From positions 32,001 through 96,000 of the forward strand of contig CAVZMI010000015.1 of the NCBI GenBank assembly GCA_963776275.1: a stretch of 64,000 nucleotides of DNA. Reading direction: 5' to 3'. Position 1 is the stretch's first letter. Every line of letters begins with the position of its first letter. The translations under genes and the position numbers were made by a program. Of this stretch, positions 1 to 10,768 are shown in pieces. This stretch comes from Ignavibacteriota bacterium (GTDB taxonomy: Bacteria; Bacteroidota; Ignavibacteria; UBA10030; CAVZMI01). The notes beneath the pieces were generated by a model that did not search any database, was not told the origin of the DNA, and was given only the letters and a program-made list of their open reading frames with translations.

Positions 1-1
1 G

Positions 2-424
2 TATTCAGTTGATAGCAAAGGGCGGATTAATATTCCGGCAAAGCTTCGAAAAAATGTTTCGCCGGAAGCAAACGATACTTTTGTTATCACGCGGGGATTT
101 GAGCAATGCTTATTTGTTTACCCACTTGATGAATGGAATAAACTGGAGCAGTCGATTAGAGGATTATCCCCTTCGAACTCTCAGCATAGATTTTTTGTAC
201 GCACACTCCTTCAATGGGCTACTGAATCGCAACTCGACGGTCAGGCTCGTATCATCATTCCGCAAGAACTGTTAAAATTTGCCGGTATCGAAAACGAGGT
301 TATTATTATCGGCGTGTTGGAACGTATTGAAGCATGGAATCCGACATTGTTCAACGAGTATATGAATAACCAGGCATCTTCCTACGAAAACGTTGCAGAA
401 TTAGTTTTCAGACCAAAGGAGTAA
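2..424 (+). CDS. mraZ: Division/cell wall cluster transcriptional repressor MraZ (5'-truncated by window edge)
   Basis: Manual frame-2 translation YSVDSKGRINIPAKLRK...LDGQARIIIPQELLKFAGI...ERIEAWN shows both DxxGR-type repeats; lies at head of dcw cluster; missed by ORF track. Confidence 0.95.
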   Translation, partial: YSVDSKGRINIPAKLRKNVSPEANDTFVITRGFEQCLFVYPLDEWNKLEQSIRGLSPSNSQHRFFVRTLLQWATESQLDGQARIIIPQELLKFAGIENEVIIIGVLERIEAWNPTLFNEYMNNQASSYENVAELVFRPKE

Positions 425-585
425 CACACATGAAGGAATTCGCCGGAGAGAGTTCCTCTTCCGTGCGCGGTTTACAGAAACGGCGATGCTCGCGTATTGG
501 CTCGACGGGTATTGTTGTCCGGATACATTCTGTTTTGTCGGGACTATCCGGCATAATAGTTGAACGGTTCGACTCCGGGTAAGTC

Positions 586-1530
586 ATGGATACCGCTGAA
601 GTTTCCCGGGCGTTTCATATTCCGGTTCTTGTTCATGAAGTCGTCGATGCTCTTGTGACAGATCCCGACGGAGTGTATGTTGATGCGACGCTTGGTGGTG
701 GAGGGCACACAGAGGCAATTCTGAAAAAGTTGTCTTCGCAGGGATCTATCATTGCACTTGATGTCGATGAAGAGGCACTCGTACATGCGCACAATCGTTT
801 TATAACCGAACACTATAGAATTAAATTATTCCGAGAAAATTTTTGTAATCTTAATCAGACTTTAAAGGATCTGAAAATATTACAGGTCAGTGGGATCATC
901 GTTGATCTTGGAATCTCGTCGCACCAGATCGATGAACCGCGGCGGGGATTCAGTTTTCAAGGCGACGATCGTCTCGATATGCGGATGGATATGCGAACGC
1001 AGAATAATGCCTGGAACGTCATCAACTACTACGATGAAAAGCAACTGGCCGACATATTTCAGCACTACGGTGAAGAACGGCGTTCTCATCAGGTTGCGCG
1101 GACGATTGTACGCAAGAGGATGAAAAATCCGATCGATACTACCGCACAGCTTGCAGCAATTGTATCGGGGATTGTCGGAGAACGGTTTGCAAAAAAAACA
1201 CTGGCACGAATATTCCAGGCAATTCGGATTGAAGTCAACCGAGAACTGCAAAATCTGGAAGTTTTTCTTCGGCAGGTACCGGAAATACTTGCACCAACCG
1301 GCAGAATTGGAGTGATCTCCTATCATTCACTTGAAGATCGAATAGTTAAGAAATTTTTTCGGGAAGAAGCAATGACAATCATTCCCTCGGGACATAAACT
1401 GGTACCAGATAAACCGATAACGCCGCGACTGAAAATTATTACAAAGAATCCCATCACCCCCGGAGACAACGAATGTCGGAGAAATCCACGCGCACGGAGT
1501 GCAAAGTTTCGTGTGGCCGAGCGGATATAA
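586..1530 (+). CDS. rsmH: 16S rRNA m4C1402 methyltransferase
   Basis: HIPVL, DATLGGGGH, DLGISSHQID, LDMRMD, ISYHSLEDR, NPRARSAK motifs. Confidence 0.97.
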   Translation: MDTAEVSRAFHIPVLVHEVVDALVTDPDGVYVDATLGGGGHTEAILKKLSSQGSIIALDVDEEALVHAHNRFITEHYRIKLFRENFCNLNQTLKDLKILQVSGIIVDLGISSHQIDEPRRGFSFQGDDRLDMRMDMRTQNNAWNVINYYDEKQLADIFQHYGEERRSHQVARTIVRKRMKNPIDTTAQLAAIVSGIVGERFAKKTLARIFQAIRIEVNRELQNLEVFLRQVPEILAPTGRIGVISYHSLEDRIVKKFFREEAMTIIPSGHKLVPDKPITPRLKIITKNPITPGDNECRRNPRARSAKFRVAERI

Positions 1531-1531
1531 T

Positions 1532-2023
1532 ATGAACGATAAAAGCGGGAAAATACTTGCTGTAAGGACGCTCTCGGAAGAACTCCACGATGAACAACGG
1601 GGGCGTATCTATAACGGTGATATAGGCGGCACATCAGGGAACGATGTTCCTGCTTCCATCGGGACGCAGTCATCAGTTCGAGGCCGGAAACGGCGGGTAA
1701 AAAAACGTCTTTCAATCTTTAATGTACTCTTAACACTTGCCGTCGGAAGTACAATTGTTCTTTTATATATATACAACACGATTCGTGTCGGCGAACTTCT
1801 GCATGAAATAGGAGATCTCGATAGTGCGGCACAAAAGCTCTCAAGCATCAATGAAGTATTGAGAGCTGAGATCAACCGGAAATCGGCGCTTGAGCGAATC
1901 GGCACTATAGCACAGACCGAGCTTCACCTGCACAATCCAACGCAACAGCCGATTTGGTTTTCGCTTGATTCCGAAGCGGTGCAGCATTCGGCTTTTATCC
2001 GTGAACGTGAAGGGGCACGGTAA
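1532..2023 (+). CDS. ftsL: Cell division protein FtsL-like
   Basis: Basic stretch, one TM helix, then coiled coil ending ...SALERIGTIAQTELHL; sits between rsmH and ftsI; ATG at 1532. Confidence 0.8.
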   Translation: MNDKSGKILAVRTLSEELHDEQRGRIYNGDIGGTSGNDVPASIGTQSSVRGRKRRVKKRLSIFNVLLTLAVGSTIVLLYIYNTIRVGELLHEIGDLDSAAQKLSSINEVLRAEINRKSALERIGTIAQTELHLHNPTQQPIWFSLDSEAVQHSAFIREREGAR

Positions 2024-4185
2024 TGATCGACGAATCTCAGATACTTTCACCGGCGATACAATCTGAAAAACCGAAGTACTGGGGGCGTGTTCTACTGCTC
2101 AAGATAATACTGCTGGTATTCCTGGTGATCGTGCTTGCACGACTGGTGAAAATCCAGGTGCTTGATTCCTCAAAATATCAAGAGATTGCAAAACGGCAAT
2201 ATGAGGTAAAAGTATCAATTCCGGCAACTCGCGGCGGTATCTATGACCGAAACGGTAATGTTCTCGTTTCAAATACGCGCATGGTTTCTTATGCTGCGGA
2301 TCCTAAAATCATTGGCGATGACATCAACCATGTGGCAGAAGTTTTTGCCGGAGTTTTCCAAAAACCGGCGAGCGTATATATTAACAAACTACAAACACCA
2401 AAACGTTTTGTTTGGTTGGAGCGCCGTGTGCCGCCCAATCAGGCTCGACGAATTGCCATAGATGAAATCGAGGGAGTCGTCGAACTTGATGAACCTCAGC
2501 GGTTATGCCATTATGACGATCTAGCCGGCCAGGTCTTGGGGGTTACTAATATCGATAACGTTGGTCTCAGTGGTATCGAGCTGCAATTCGATAAGGTATT
2601 GAGCGGGACTGATGGATTTGTGATCATGCAGCGCGATGGTCTTGGCCGGAAAAGGCCTTCGGTAGATTATCCGCGGATTGATCCCATAGATGGGAACAAT
2701 GTGACACTGACAATCGATTTTACATTTCAATCGGTTGTCCAGGAAGAACTCAAACATGGAGTCGAAGCGAATAATGCATGCGGCGGAATCGCAGTAATGC
2801 TTCAACCGAAAACCGGCGAGGTGCTTGCGATGGCGACGTATCCGGCAGTAAACCCTAATGATATTTTAGAGGAGGATACGAACAAGATCCGTAACCGTCC
2901 GCTCACCGATATGTTCGAGCCAGGGAGCACGTTCAAGATCGTTGTCGCTTCAGCAGCGCTTGAGGAAAAGCTTCACCGGCCTACTGATAAGATTTATGCA
3001 GAAGGCGGTGTCTATAAGGCACAAGGGCGGACGATACGCGACACACATGGGTTCAGAATATTAACATTCCAGGAAGCAATGGAGTACTCCAGCAATATCG
3101 TGATGGCAAAAATCTCGAATGATGTTGGGTGTGAAAAATTATTCCGGTATGCACGGGACTTCGGATTTGGAATACCCACCGGGATTGAGCTCCCTGGAGA
3201 AATCGGCGGGCAGTTAAAAAAGCCGGCGCTGTGGTCCAGAACGACACTGAACACAATGGCATATGGGTACGAAGTAGGAGTGACACCGATTCAGATTGCA
3301 TCGGCATATGCAGCGGTTGCTAATGGCGGAGAATTGATGAAACCTTTCATTATCCGGAAGGCAACTGATAGAAATGGTAACGTCCTGTTCGAACGTACTC
3401 CGGAAAAAATCAGGAAAGTAATATCACGAGAGACCGCGCAGACACTGACTTCCTTTTTTGAAGGAGTCGTCGAGCGTGGCACCGGAAAAGATGTGAAGAT
3501 AAACGGTGTGAGAATAGCAGGGAAAACAGGAACGGCTTCGAAACTCGGACCAGGGGGATATTCAAAGGATGATTATGTTGCATCATTCGTCGGTTTTTTC
3601 CCCGTTGAAGATCCGCAGGTTGTGTTGTTGGTCATGATTGATGGACCGCGTTCAGGACAATATTATGGTGGAATGGTCAGCGGACCGGTATTTCGTGCAA
3701 TTGCGGAACGGATTATCAACCTTTCCGATCCACAACCGCATCCGGAAATTTATAAGCACTATACTCGGCAGCAATCGAATGGGGAGCGGGTTACGGTGCC
3801 CGACGTACGATACCTGGGAATTGATCTGGCGAGTTCTATGTGTCGCAATGCCGGTCTGGCAGTTCAGTACACAGGAAGTGGAAATATCGTAGTGAGCCAA
3901 AGTCCGGCCGCGGATGTAGAAGCAGCTCGAAATGACAAGGTTCAATTGGTACTTGCTGAGTCACAGAGAGTGACAAGTAAAAAAATTATACACACACCGG
4001 ATCTGAGGGGTCTGAGCATTCGTCGTGCGGTGAATGCGTTGAAACTTGAAGGTCTCGATGCGGTTGTGAACGGGAACGGTATTGTCATCCGCCAGGCACC
4101 AACCCCGGGAGAAATAATCCGTCAAGGAAATCATGTTCAGTTCTGGTGTGAACCGCGAGGTTTTTCAACCGTCGTTGTTAATTAG
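2023..4185 (+). CDS. ftsI: Peptidoglycan transpeptidase PBP3 with C-terminal PASTA domains
   Basis: RGGIYDRNG, EPGSTFK (SxxK), SSN, KTGT; VPDVR and TPDLRG PASTA starts. Confidence 0.96.
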   Translation: MIDESQILSPAIQSEKPKYWGRVLLLKIILLVFLVIVLARLVKIQVLDSSKYQEIAKRQYEVKVSIPATRGGIYDRNGNVLVSNTRMVSYAADPKIIGDDINHVAEVFAGVFQKPASVYINKLQTPKRFVWLERRVPPNQARRIAIDEIEGVVELDEPQRLCHYDDLAGQVLGVTNIDNVGLSGIELQFDKVLSGTDGFVIMQRDGLGRKRPSVDYPRIDPIDGNNVTLTIDFTFQSVVQEELKHGVEANNACGGIAVMLQPKTGEVLAMATYPAVNPNDILEEDTNKIRNRPLTDMFEPGSTFKIVVASAALEEKLHRPTDKIYAEGGVYKAQGRTIRDTHGFRILTFQEAMEYSSNIVMAKISNDVGCEKLFRYARDFGFGIPTGIELPGEIGGQLKKPALWSRTTLNTMAYGYEVGVTPIQIASAYAAVANGGELMKPFIIRKATDRNGNVLFERTPEKIRKVISRETAQTLTSFFEGVVERGTGKDVKINGVRIAGKTGTASKLGPGGYSKDDYVASFVGFFPVEDPQVVLLVMIDGPRSGQYYGGMVSGPVFRAIAERIINLSDPQPHPEIYKHYTRQQSNGERVTVPDVRYLGIDLASSMCRNAGLAVQYTGSGNIVVSQSPAADVEAARNDKVQLVLAESQRVTSKKIIHTPDLRGLSIRRAVNALKLEGLDAVVNGNGIVIRQAPTPGEIIRQGNHVQFWCEPRGFSTVVVN

Positions 4186-4197
4186 AGTAATCGTACT

Positions 4198-5718
4198 ATG
4201 CTTCTAAGTGAATTGCTGAAAGATGTTCCGGTGTCCAAGATGTTTCAAACCGTCTTCGGTCAAATGGTACAGACACACGAAGTACATATCAGTAAAATCG
4301 AATATGATTCCCGGAAAATCGAGCGGGGAGATCTGTTTGTGGCAATCCGAGGAACATCAATCGATGGACATCAACACATCAAACAGGCGATCAGCAAAGG
4401 GGCAAAGGCAATTGTACTCGAGGATGACGAAGTATTGGCGGATGCATACTTCATGCATGAAGGTGTTGTAAAAATTGTAGTTGGAAATACACGGCGTGCC
4501 CTGGCGGTCATGGCGCGAAATTATTTTGGTAATCCGGCTTCAAAACTAAAACTTATCGGAGTGACCGGCACAAATGGAAAGACAACAACATCGCACCTTA
4601 TAAAAGCAATCCTTGAAGCAAACGGTGAGAAAGTCGGTTTAATTGGTACCATCGCTTACATAATCGGTAAGAAAGAGATACCGGCGACTCATACAACACC
4701 CGAATCGCTTGAACTCGATCAATATCTTGCCGGCATGGTTCAACAGGGATGCACTTCTGCCGTCATGGAAGTCTCATCACACTCACTTGTACAGTATCGT
4801 GTGTATGGAATACAATTTCATGCCGGTGTATTCACCAATCTGACGCAGGATCATCTTGATTTTCATCGAACAATGGAACAATACGCAACGGCAAAGAAAA
4901 GGCTCTTTGATTCACTTGATACGTCGGCAATCGCCGTTGTCAATGCCGATGATCCGGAGGCCGGCTATATGGTATCTTCGACACAGGCGAAAGTAATGAC
5001 CTATGGCATCGGTGAGCCGGTAGACGTCAAAGCTATTGATATTCAGCTCGGTATTGATAGAACGTTGTACACGGTAAAACTCGAACATGGATCAATTACA
5101 GTTATTTCGCCTCTTATTGGCCGATTTAATGTATCAAATACGCTTGCAGCGATTGCTACAGGAATCGGGATTGGAATTAAACCGGATGTCATCAAACGCG
5201 GAATTGAAGCTCAGCACACTATACGCGGGCGATTCGAACGTATCAGATCACCCCAAGGATGGACGGCAGTTATAGATTACGCTCATACGCCCGATGCGCT
5301 TGAGAAATGTTTACTGACTATCCATGACATCCTTCCGGAACATCGGACAAACCGTATCATTACTCTGTTTGGTGCGGGTGGAGACCGTGATCGAACAAAA
5401 CGCCCTATCATGGGGAAAATTGCAGCCGAGCTCAGTGATGTCGTCATTGTGACATCCGATAATCCGCGTACGGAAAATCGCGAGGCAATCATCGATGATA
5501 TTATGTCCGGTATTCCGCCGGGGAAAAAAGTGACTCGTGAAGCCGATCGAAAACAGGCGATTGTCACGGCTCTTTCACAGGCACATCCCGGTGATGTTGT
5601 TCTTCTTGCAGGGAAAGGACACGAAAACTATCAGGTTGTCGGCCGTGAAAAGATTCCTTTCGATGACCGGGAGGAAGTATTACAGTTCTTAAAATCATCA
5701 CAGTCGCAAAAAACATGA
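4198..5718 (+). CDS. murE: UDP-MurNAc-tripeptide synthetase (meso-DAP type)
   Basis: GVTGTNGKTT, HTTPES, MEVSSH, DYAHTPDA, DNPR (DAP specificity), AGKGHE. Confidence 0.97.
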   Translation: MLLSELLKDVPVSKMFQTVFGQMVQTHEVHISKIEYDSRKIERGDLFVAIRGTSIDGHQHIKQAISKGAKAIVLEDDEVLADAYFMHEGVVKIVVGNTRRALAVMARNYFGNPASKLKLIGVTGTNGKTTTSHLIKAILEANGEKVGLIGTIAYIIGKKEIPATHTTPESLELDQYLAGMVQQGCTSAVMEVSSHSLVQYRVYGIQFHAGVFTNLTQDHLDFHRTMEQYATAKKRLFDSLDTSAIAVVNADDPEAGYMVSSTQAKVMTYGIGEPVDVKAIDIQLGIDRTLYTVKLEHGSITVISPLIGRFNVSNTLAAIATGIGIGIKPDVIKRGIEAQHTIRGRFERIRSPQGWTAVIDYAHTPDALEKCLLTIHDILPEHRTNRIITLFGAGGDRDRTKRPIMGKIAAELSDVVIVTSDNPRTENREAIIDDIMSGIPPGKKVTREADRKQAIVTALSQAHPGDVVLLAGKGHENYQVVGREKIPFDDREEVLQFLKSSQSQKT

Positions 5719-7100
5719 TTACAATACGCAACGTGATGTCGGTGCCGCACAAGAAAGCGATGCGGTTTGAGAAACTCCGCAAAGTAAAAATTTCAGGGGT
5801 GTCGATTGATACACGGACAGTACAACCACGGAATATTTTTTTTGCAATTCGTGGTGAGCGGTTAGATGGTCATTCGTTTATCGACTCAGCGATCCAACGC
5901 GGTGCATCATGCATCGTGGTTGATGAAAGATGGTATCAGGAGAAAGACCGATCCCAATATTTGATCCCGCTGCTTGTCGTTGAGAATACCATCGGCGCAC
6001 TGGGTCGGATTGCTAATATACATCGGAGAAAATTCCGTATTCCGGTTATTGTGATTGCAGGGAGCAACGGAAAAACAACTACTAAAGACATGATTGCAAC
6101 GGTTCTTTCAACACGGTACTCCGTGCTGAAGACGGAAGGAAATCTCAATAATCAGATCGGTGTTCCAATGACACTGCTCCGCCTGAGTCCAAAACAACAG
6201 ATTGCGATTATTGAGCATGGTACGAATCACCCGGGTGAGCTTGAATCGCTTGTGAAAATTTCAGAACCGACCCATGCTCTGATAACAACAATTGGACGGG
6301 AACACCTGGAATTCTTTACCACACTTGACGGAGTTGCCGCAGAAGAAGGAACAGTATTTCGGTATAGCCGCTTTGGTTTTGTCTATGCCGATGATCCATT
6401 GATTGTTGCCCGGGCTCGAGGATTGAGGAGCACGCTGCGGTATGGTTTTAAGGGGTCGCGTTCCCATGTTCGTGGAAAAATCGTCGGTGTAGATATGAAT
6501 GGATGCGCACGATTACAGGTACGTGCAAAACAATTTTTACAACCGTTGGAAATAAATCTGGGTGTCCCCGGATGCCACAATGCAGTAAACGCTCTTGCTG
6601 CCGCAGCAGTTGGAATACAGTTCGGCATTGGGAAAAAGAATATTACTCATGCCGTTGAAAGTTTTACGGCTAGCTCCAAACGTATGGAAATAATGAAACT
6701 CCAGAACGTAACTATTATGAACGATTCATATAATGCAAATCCAGATTCTGTAGTTGCAGCACTTTCGACGTTTGAGTCGATTTCGATTTCAGGCAAAAAG
6801 ATTGTCGTTCTGGGCGACATGCTCGAGCTCGGTGAAAAAAGCGAACATGAACATGCAAAAATTGGACTTGAAGTAGCCAATCGCGGATTTGAATATCTTT
6901 TCACATTCGGTCCCCGCGCACGATTCATTTTCGAAGCATCAAAGCTGGGATTTGCACAGCATTTCGATGACAAAACAGCATTGATTAAGAACCTTTGCGC
7001 GACAATTTCGCCCGGGGATGCGGTACTCATAAAAGGGTCTCGTGGAATGAAGATGGAAGAAGTCATTGAAGGTGTGACAAACTATTTTAAAAAACAGTAA
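5715..7100 (+). CDS. murF: UDP-MurNAc-pentapeptide synthetase
   Basis: GSNGKTTTKD, NLNNQIGVP, DSYNANP, LGDMLELG, KGSRGM. Confidence 0.96.
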   Translation: MITIRNVMSVPHKKAMRFEKLRKVKISGVSIDTRTVQPRNIFFAIRGERLDGHSFIDSAIQRGASCIVVDERWYQEKDRSQYLIPLLVVENTIGALGRIANIHRRKFRIPVIVIAGSNGKTTTKDMIATVLSTRYSVLKTEGNLNNQIGVPMTLLRLSPKQQIAIIEHGTNHPGELESLVKISEPTHALITTIGREHLEFFTTLDGVAAEEGTVFRYSRFGFVYADDPLIVARARGLRSTLRYGFKGSRSHVRGKIVGVDMNGCARLQVRAKQFLQPLEINLGVPGCHNAVNALAAAAVGIQFGIGKKNITHAVESFTASSKRMEIMKLQNVTIMNDSYNANPDSVVAALSTFESISISGKKIVVLGDMLELGEKSEHEHAKIGLEVANRGFEYLFTFGPRARFIFEASKLGFAQHFDDKTALIKNLCATISPGDAVLIKGSRGMKMEEVIEGVTNYFKKQ

Positions 7101-7104
7101 AGCT

Positions 7105-8220
7105 ATGCTGTACTATTTTTTTAATTTTATTGAAAAAGTGTATGCACCACCGGGCTTCAGCCTGTTCAAGTATATCACATTTCGAGCAGCCGCCGCGGCC
7201 CTCACGGCATTGCTCATTGCGTTTGTTGCAGGACCATGGGTTATTAAAAAATTGAAGGAACATCAAATCGGTGAAACTGCAAAAATTGAAGCCCCAAAAA
7301 GTCATCTCAGTAAAGCAGGAACTCCGACAATGGGAGGACTCATTGTGCTCCTCTCCGTTCTTCTGCCGACATTGTTCTGGGGTGATCTTAAAAATATGTA
7401 TATCCTGCTCATCATTGTCGTCACCGCCGGACTCGGTGCCGTCGGTTTTATAGATGATTACCTGAAGGTTGTAAGAAAAAAGCCGAAAGGCTTAATTGGA
7501 AAATATAAAATTGTCGGGCAGATTATTATCGGGATCATCCTTGGATCCGTGCTCTATTTTTCACCGGAATTAAAATTAATCAATGCTAATACGATTACAA
7601 CAGTTCCGTTCTTTAAGAATCTCGAATTCAATTTTTCGGTTTTTTATATCCCGATGGTCATCTTTATTATTGTCGGTACATCGAATGCGGTGAATCTCAC
7701 GGACGGTCTTGATGGGCTTGCGATCGGTATCGTCGGTATCGTCTCGCTAACGCTTGCAGTGTTGGCGTATGTCAGTGGGAACATCGAATTCAGCCGGTAT
7801 CTCAATATTATCTATCTGCGAGGAAACGGTGAACTCACTGTCTACTGTGCGGCTCTTGTCGGGGCGGCGCTGGGATTCTTATGGTACAATGCTTATCCTG
7901 CCCAGGTATTTATGGGCGATACAGGTTCGCTGGCGCTTGGTGGAGCTCTTGGCGCAATTTGCGTGATGATTAAAAAAGAACTGTTACTTCCAATTCTCGG
8001 AGGAATTTTTCTGGCCGAGACACTTTCGGTAATTATTCAAAAAATGTATTTCAAATACACAAAAAGGAAATATGGTGAAGGGCGCCGTATATTCAAGATG
8101 GCCCCCCTGCATCATCATTTCGAGATGCTTGGTTGGAGTGAACCGAAGATTGTTACACGCTTCTATATTATAGCGATTTTATTAATGATTCTAAGTCTGA
8201 CAACATTTAAGGTACGGTGA
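7105..8220 (+). CDS. mraY: Phospho-N-acetylmuramoyl-pentapeptide transferase
   Basis: KAGTPTMGG, DDYLK, NAVNLTDGLDGLA, FMGDTGS, MAPLHHHFE. Confidence 0.98.
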   Translation: MLYYFFNFIEKVYAPPGFSLFKYITFRAAAAALTALLIAFVAGPWVIKKLKEHQIGETAKIEAPKSHLSKAGTPTMGGLIVLLSVLLPTLFWGDLKNMYILLIIVVTAGLGAVGFIDDYLKVVRKKPKGLIGKYKIVGQIIIGIILGSVLYFSPELKLINANTITTVPFFKNLEFNFSVFYIPMVIFIIVGTSNAVNLTDGLDGLAIGIVGIVSLTLAVLAYVSGNIEFSRYLNIIYLRGNGELTVYCAALVGAALGFLWYNAYPAQVFMGDTGSLALGGALGAICVMIKKELLLPILGGIFLAETLSVIIQKMYFKYTKRKYGEGRRIFKMAPLHHHFEMLGWSEPKIVTRFYIIAILLMILSLTTFKVR

Positions 8221-8227
8221 AGAACGG

Positions 8228-9601
8228 ATGAAGCACGAAGAAATTCGGGGAACAACCTTTTCTGTTGTCGGAGCCGCGGAAAGCGGGGTGAGTGTCGCGA
8301 GGCTCCTCGCATCGCGCGGCGCCAGGGTCTTTGTCAGCGATATCGGCACAGCGGAAAAGTTGCGTAAGGAAATTGATACGCTGGAACAGTGGAAAATTCC
8401 GTATGAGCTTGGACAGAACAGTGAAAAGATACTCGAAGCGCAGGTTGTTGTCGTAAGTCCGGGTGTGCCGCTTACGGCATCAATCGTACGGCAAGCACGC
8501 GAAAAAGGACTGCGTGTAGTCGGTGAAATCGAAGTGGCAAGCTGGATGTGCCCCGAAGGAGTCGGGATTGTAGCAATTACGGGAAGCAATGGGAAAACGA
8601 CAACAACAATATTGATGGGGAGGATATTCGCTGATGCAAAGAAAAAATCTGTTGTTGCGGGTAACATTGGCACGGCGTTCTCATCGGTCGTTCTGGATAT
8701 TGATGTTGAGACGACTGCTATTGTGGAGGTAAGCAGTTTCCAGCTCGATACTATCGAGTCGTTTCGGCCAAAGATTTCGGTGCTATTAAACATTACTCCC
8801 GATCATCTGAATAGGTACGACTATAAATTTGAAAATTATATCGCATCAAAATGCCGGATCTTTGAAAATCAAACTATCGATGATTATCTCGTGTACAACT
8901 ATGATGATCGGGTAACACGGGATGCCGTGGAGCACAATGCACGGTCAAAAGTGCATCTGCTCCCCTTCAGCCTGACAGAAAAATTTGACGAGGGCGCATT
9001 CATTGATGGTAAACGATTACTGGTTCGTCTGGCAGGCAGGGAATATAATGTAATAGGAATCGAAGAGATATCAATTAAAGGAGAACACAACCGGTACAAT
9101 TCTATGGCATCATCACTTGTATCTATAGCCAAAGGGGTAGGTACCGCCTCACTCCGGGCGACTCTGAGGAATTTTAAAGGTGTCGAACACAGACTTGAAT
9201 TTGTGCGCGAGGTGGAAGGAGTGAAATACGTCAACGATTCAAAAGCGACAAATGTCGATGCAGTCTGGTATGCATTGCGAAGTTTTACGGAACCGCTTGT
9301 TGTGCTTATCGGGGGACGAGATAAAGGTAACGATTATACCCGGCTGCTCGAACCGGTGAAAAATCACGTTCGTGCCATAGTAGCAATCGGTGAAAGTGCC
9401 GACAATGTGGTAACAAATTTTGTGTCGGTGGTCCCCGTTGAACGGGCCGGCACGATGGAAGAAGCCGTTGAAGTTGCACGACGGTTGGCACGACCCGGAG
9501 ACGTGGTGTTACTCTCGCCGGCCTGCGCTTCATTCGACTGGTTTAATAATTATGAACATCGGGGAAAAGTATTTAAGGATATAGTGAACGGTTTTCAATG
9601 A
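8228..9601 (+). CDS. murD: UDP-MurNAc-L-Ala:D-Glu ligase
   Basis: SPGVP, GSNGKTT, EVSSFQL, NDSKATN, LSPACASFD. Confidence 0.97.
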   Translation: MKHEEIRGTTFSVVGAAESGVSVARLLASRGARVFVSDIGTAEKLRKEIDTLEQWKIPYELGQNSEKILEAQVVVVSPGVPLTASIVRQAREKGLRVVGEIEVASWMCPEGVGIVAITGSNGKTTTTILMGRIFADAKKKSVVAGNIGTAFSSVVLDIDVETTAIVEVSSFQLDTIESFRPKISVLLNITPDHLNRYDYKFENYIASKCRIFENQTIDDYLVYNYDDRVTRDAVEHNARSKVHLLPFSLTEKFDEGAFIDGKRLLVRLAGREYNVIGIEEISIKGEHNRYNSMASSLVSIAKGVGTASLRATLRNFKGVEHRLEFVREVEGVKYVNDSKATNVDAVWYALRSFTEPLVVLIGGRDKGNDYTRLLEPVKNHVRAIVAIGESADNVVTNFVSVVPVERAGTMEEAVEVARRLARPGDVVLLSPACASFDWFNNYEHRGKVFKDIVNGFQ

Positions 9602-10764
9602 TGCAAACGCAACGTAGTCATATCGATATTCTTCTCATCATCGCCGTTTTATTTTTACTGGCGGCGAGTCTGGGAATCGTCTACAGCGCAAGCTCCTCGG
9701 TTGCATATGAAAAGTGGAGGTCGAGCAGTCATCTCCTTACACTGCATCTGATTAAAGTCATTCTCGGCATAGGAGCGATGATTGTTGCATCGCGAATTCC
9801 CTATGCCGTCTATATAAAAGTAACCAAGCCTGTTTTATTTCTTGCCGTGTTGTTTCTTCTTGCTACACTGGCTCTTGGCGGCGAAGTGAAGGGGGCAAGC
9901 CGGTTCCTCCGTTTCGGTGGACTGGGATTTCAGCCATCAGAATTTGCACGGTTCGCATTGATCTTTCATCTCTGTACACTACTGACGCTGAAGGGTGATC
10001 GTCTTCACGATTTCAAAACCGGCGTGCTGCCGATGCTCCTATGGATCGCCGCTGTTACAACATTGGTATTTCTACAACCAAATTTCAGCACAGGTGCAAT
10101 GATACTTGTTCTCGGCATGATATTATTATTCGTAGGCGGGGCGAGGTTAAGTCATCTGGCCCTGACAGTTGCTTCACTGCTGCCGATTATTGGTATCTAT
10201 CTTGTCAGTGCGCCGTACCGTGTGCAGAGACTGATTGCCTTTTTTTCTCCATCAGCAACACCTCAGGGAAAAAGTTATCAGGTAATGCAGGCAGTTGTCG
10301 GTTTCGGAAATGGAGGTATTTTCGGTGTCGGTCCGGGTGGAAGCACTCAGCGCGACTTTTTTCTCCCAGAGTCGTATGGTGATTTTATTTTCTCGATTGT
10401 AGGCGAAGAATACGGATTACTCGGTACGGTACTGGTGCTCATCGTCTTTGCATTTATCATCTTACGGGGATTCAAGATTGCCAGGAAAGCACAGGATGAT
10501 TTCGGACGTTATCTCGGCATCGGTATTACATCGGCAATCGGTCTCTACGCGATGGTCAATGCAGGTGTGACGACACATCTGCTCCCGACGACGGGATTAC
10601 CGATGCCCTTCATCAGCTATGGAGGTTCATCATTACTCTTTACCGCATTTGCGGTTGGAGTATTGCTAAATATTTCGACTTATACGGATTTGCGTCCACG
10701 CGAACCCGCCGCGCAGCCTATAATGGCAGCCGAGCCGGCTTCACCCGTGGGGAAAGTCTATTAA
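9598..10764 (+). CDS. ftsW: SEDS peptidoglycan glycosyltransferase FtsW
   Basis: Multi-TM; FQPSEF, DFIFSIVGEE, PTTGLPMPFISYGGSS. Confidence 0.96.
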   Translation: MMQTQRSHIDILLIIAVLFLLAASLGIVYSASSSVAYEKWRSSSHLLTLHLIKVILGIGAMIVASRIPYAVYIKVTKPVLFLAVLFLLATLALGGEVKGASRFLRFGGLGFQPSEFARFALIFHLCTLLTLKGDRLHDFKTGVLPMLLWIAAVTTLVFLQPNFSTGAMILVLGMILLFVGGARLSHLALTVASLLPIIGIYLVSAPYRVQRLIAFFSPSATPQGKSYQVMQAVVGFGNGGIFGVGPGGSTQRDFFLPESYGDFIFSIVGEEYGLLGTVLVLIVFAFIILRGFKIARKAQDDFGRYLGIGITSAIGLYAMVNAGVTTHLLPTTGLPMPFISYGGSSLLFTAFAVGVLLNISTYTDLRPREPAAQPIMAAEPASPVGKVY

Positions 10765-10768
10765 TGTC

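Noticed and set aside
9-275. Track ORF 9..275 and the many short antisense or overlapping ORFs (e.g. 8191..8793, 32549..33298, 54675..55412)
   Set aside because: Shadow frames of well-supported genes, with no motifs or RBS
566-578. GGTTCGACTCC, resembling a tRNA T-loop
   Set aside because: Only a 3-bp stem; no acceptor, D or anticodon arms can be built
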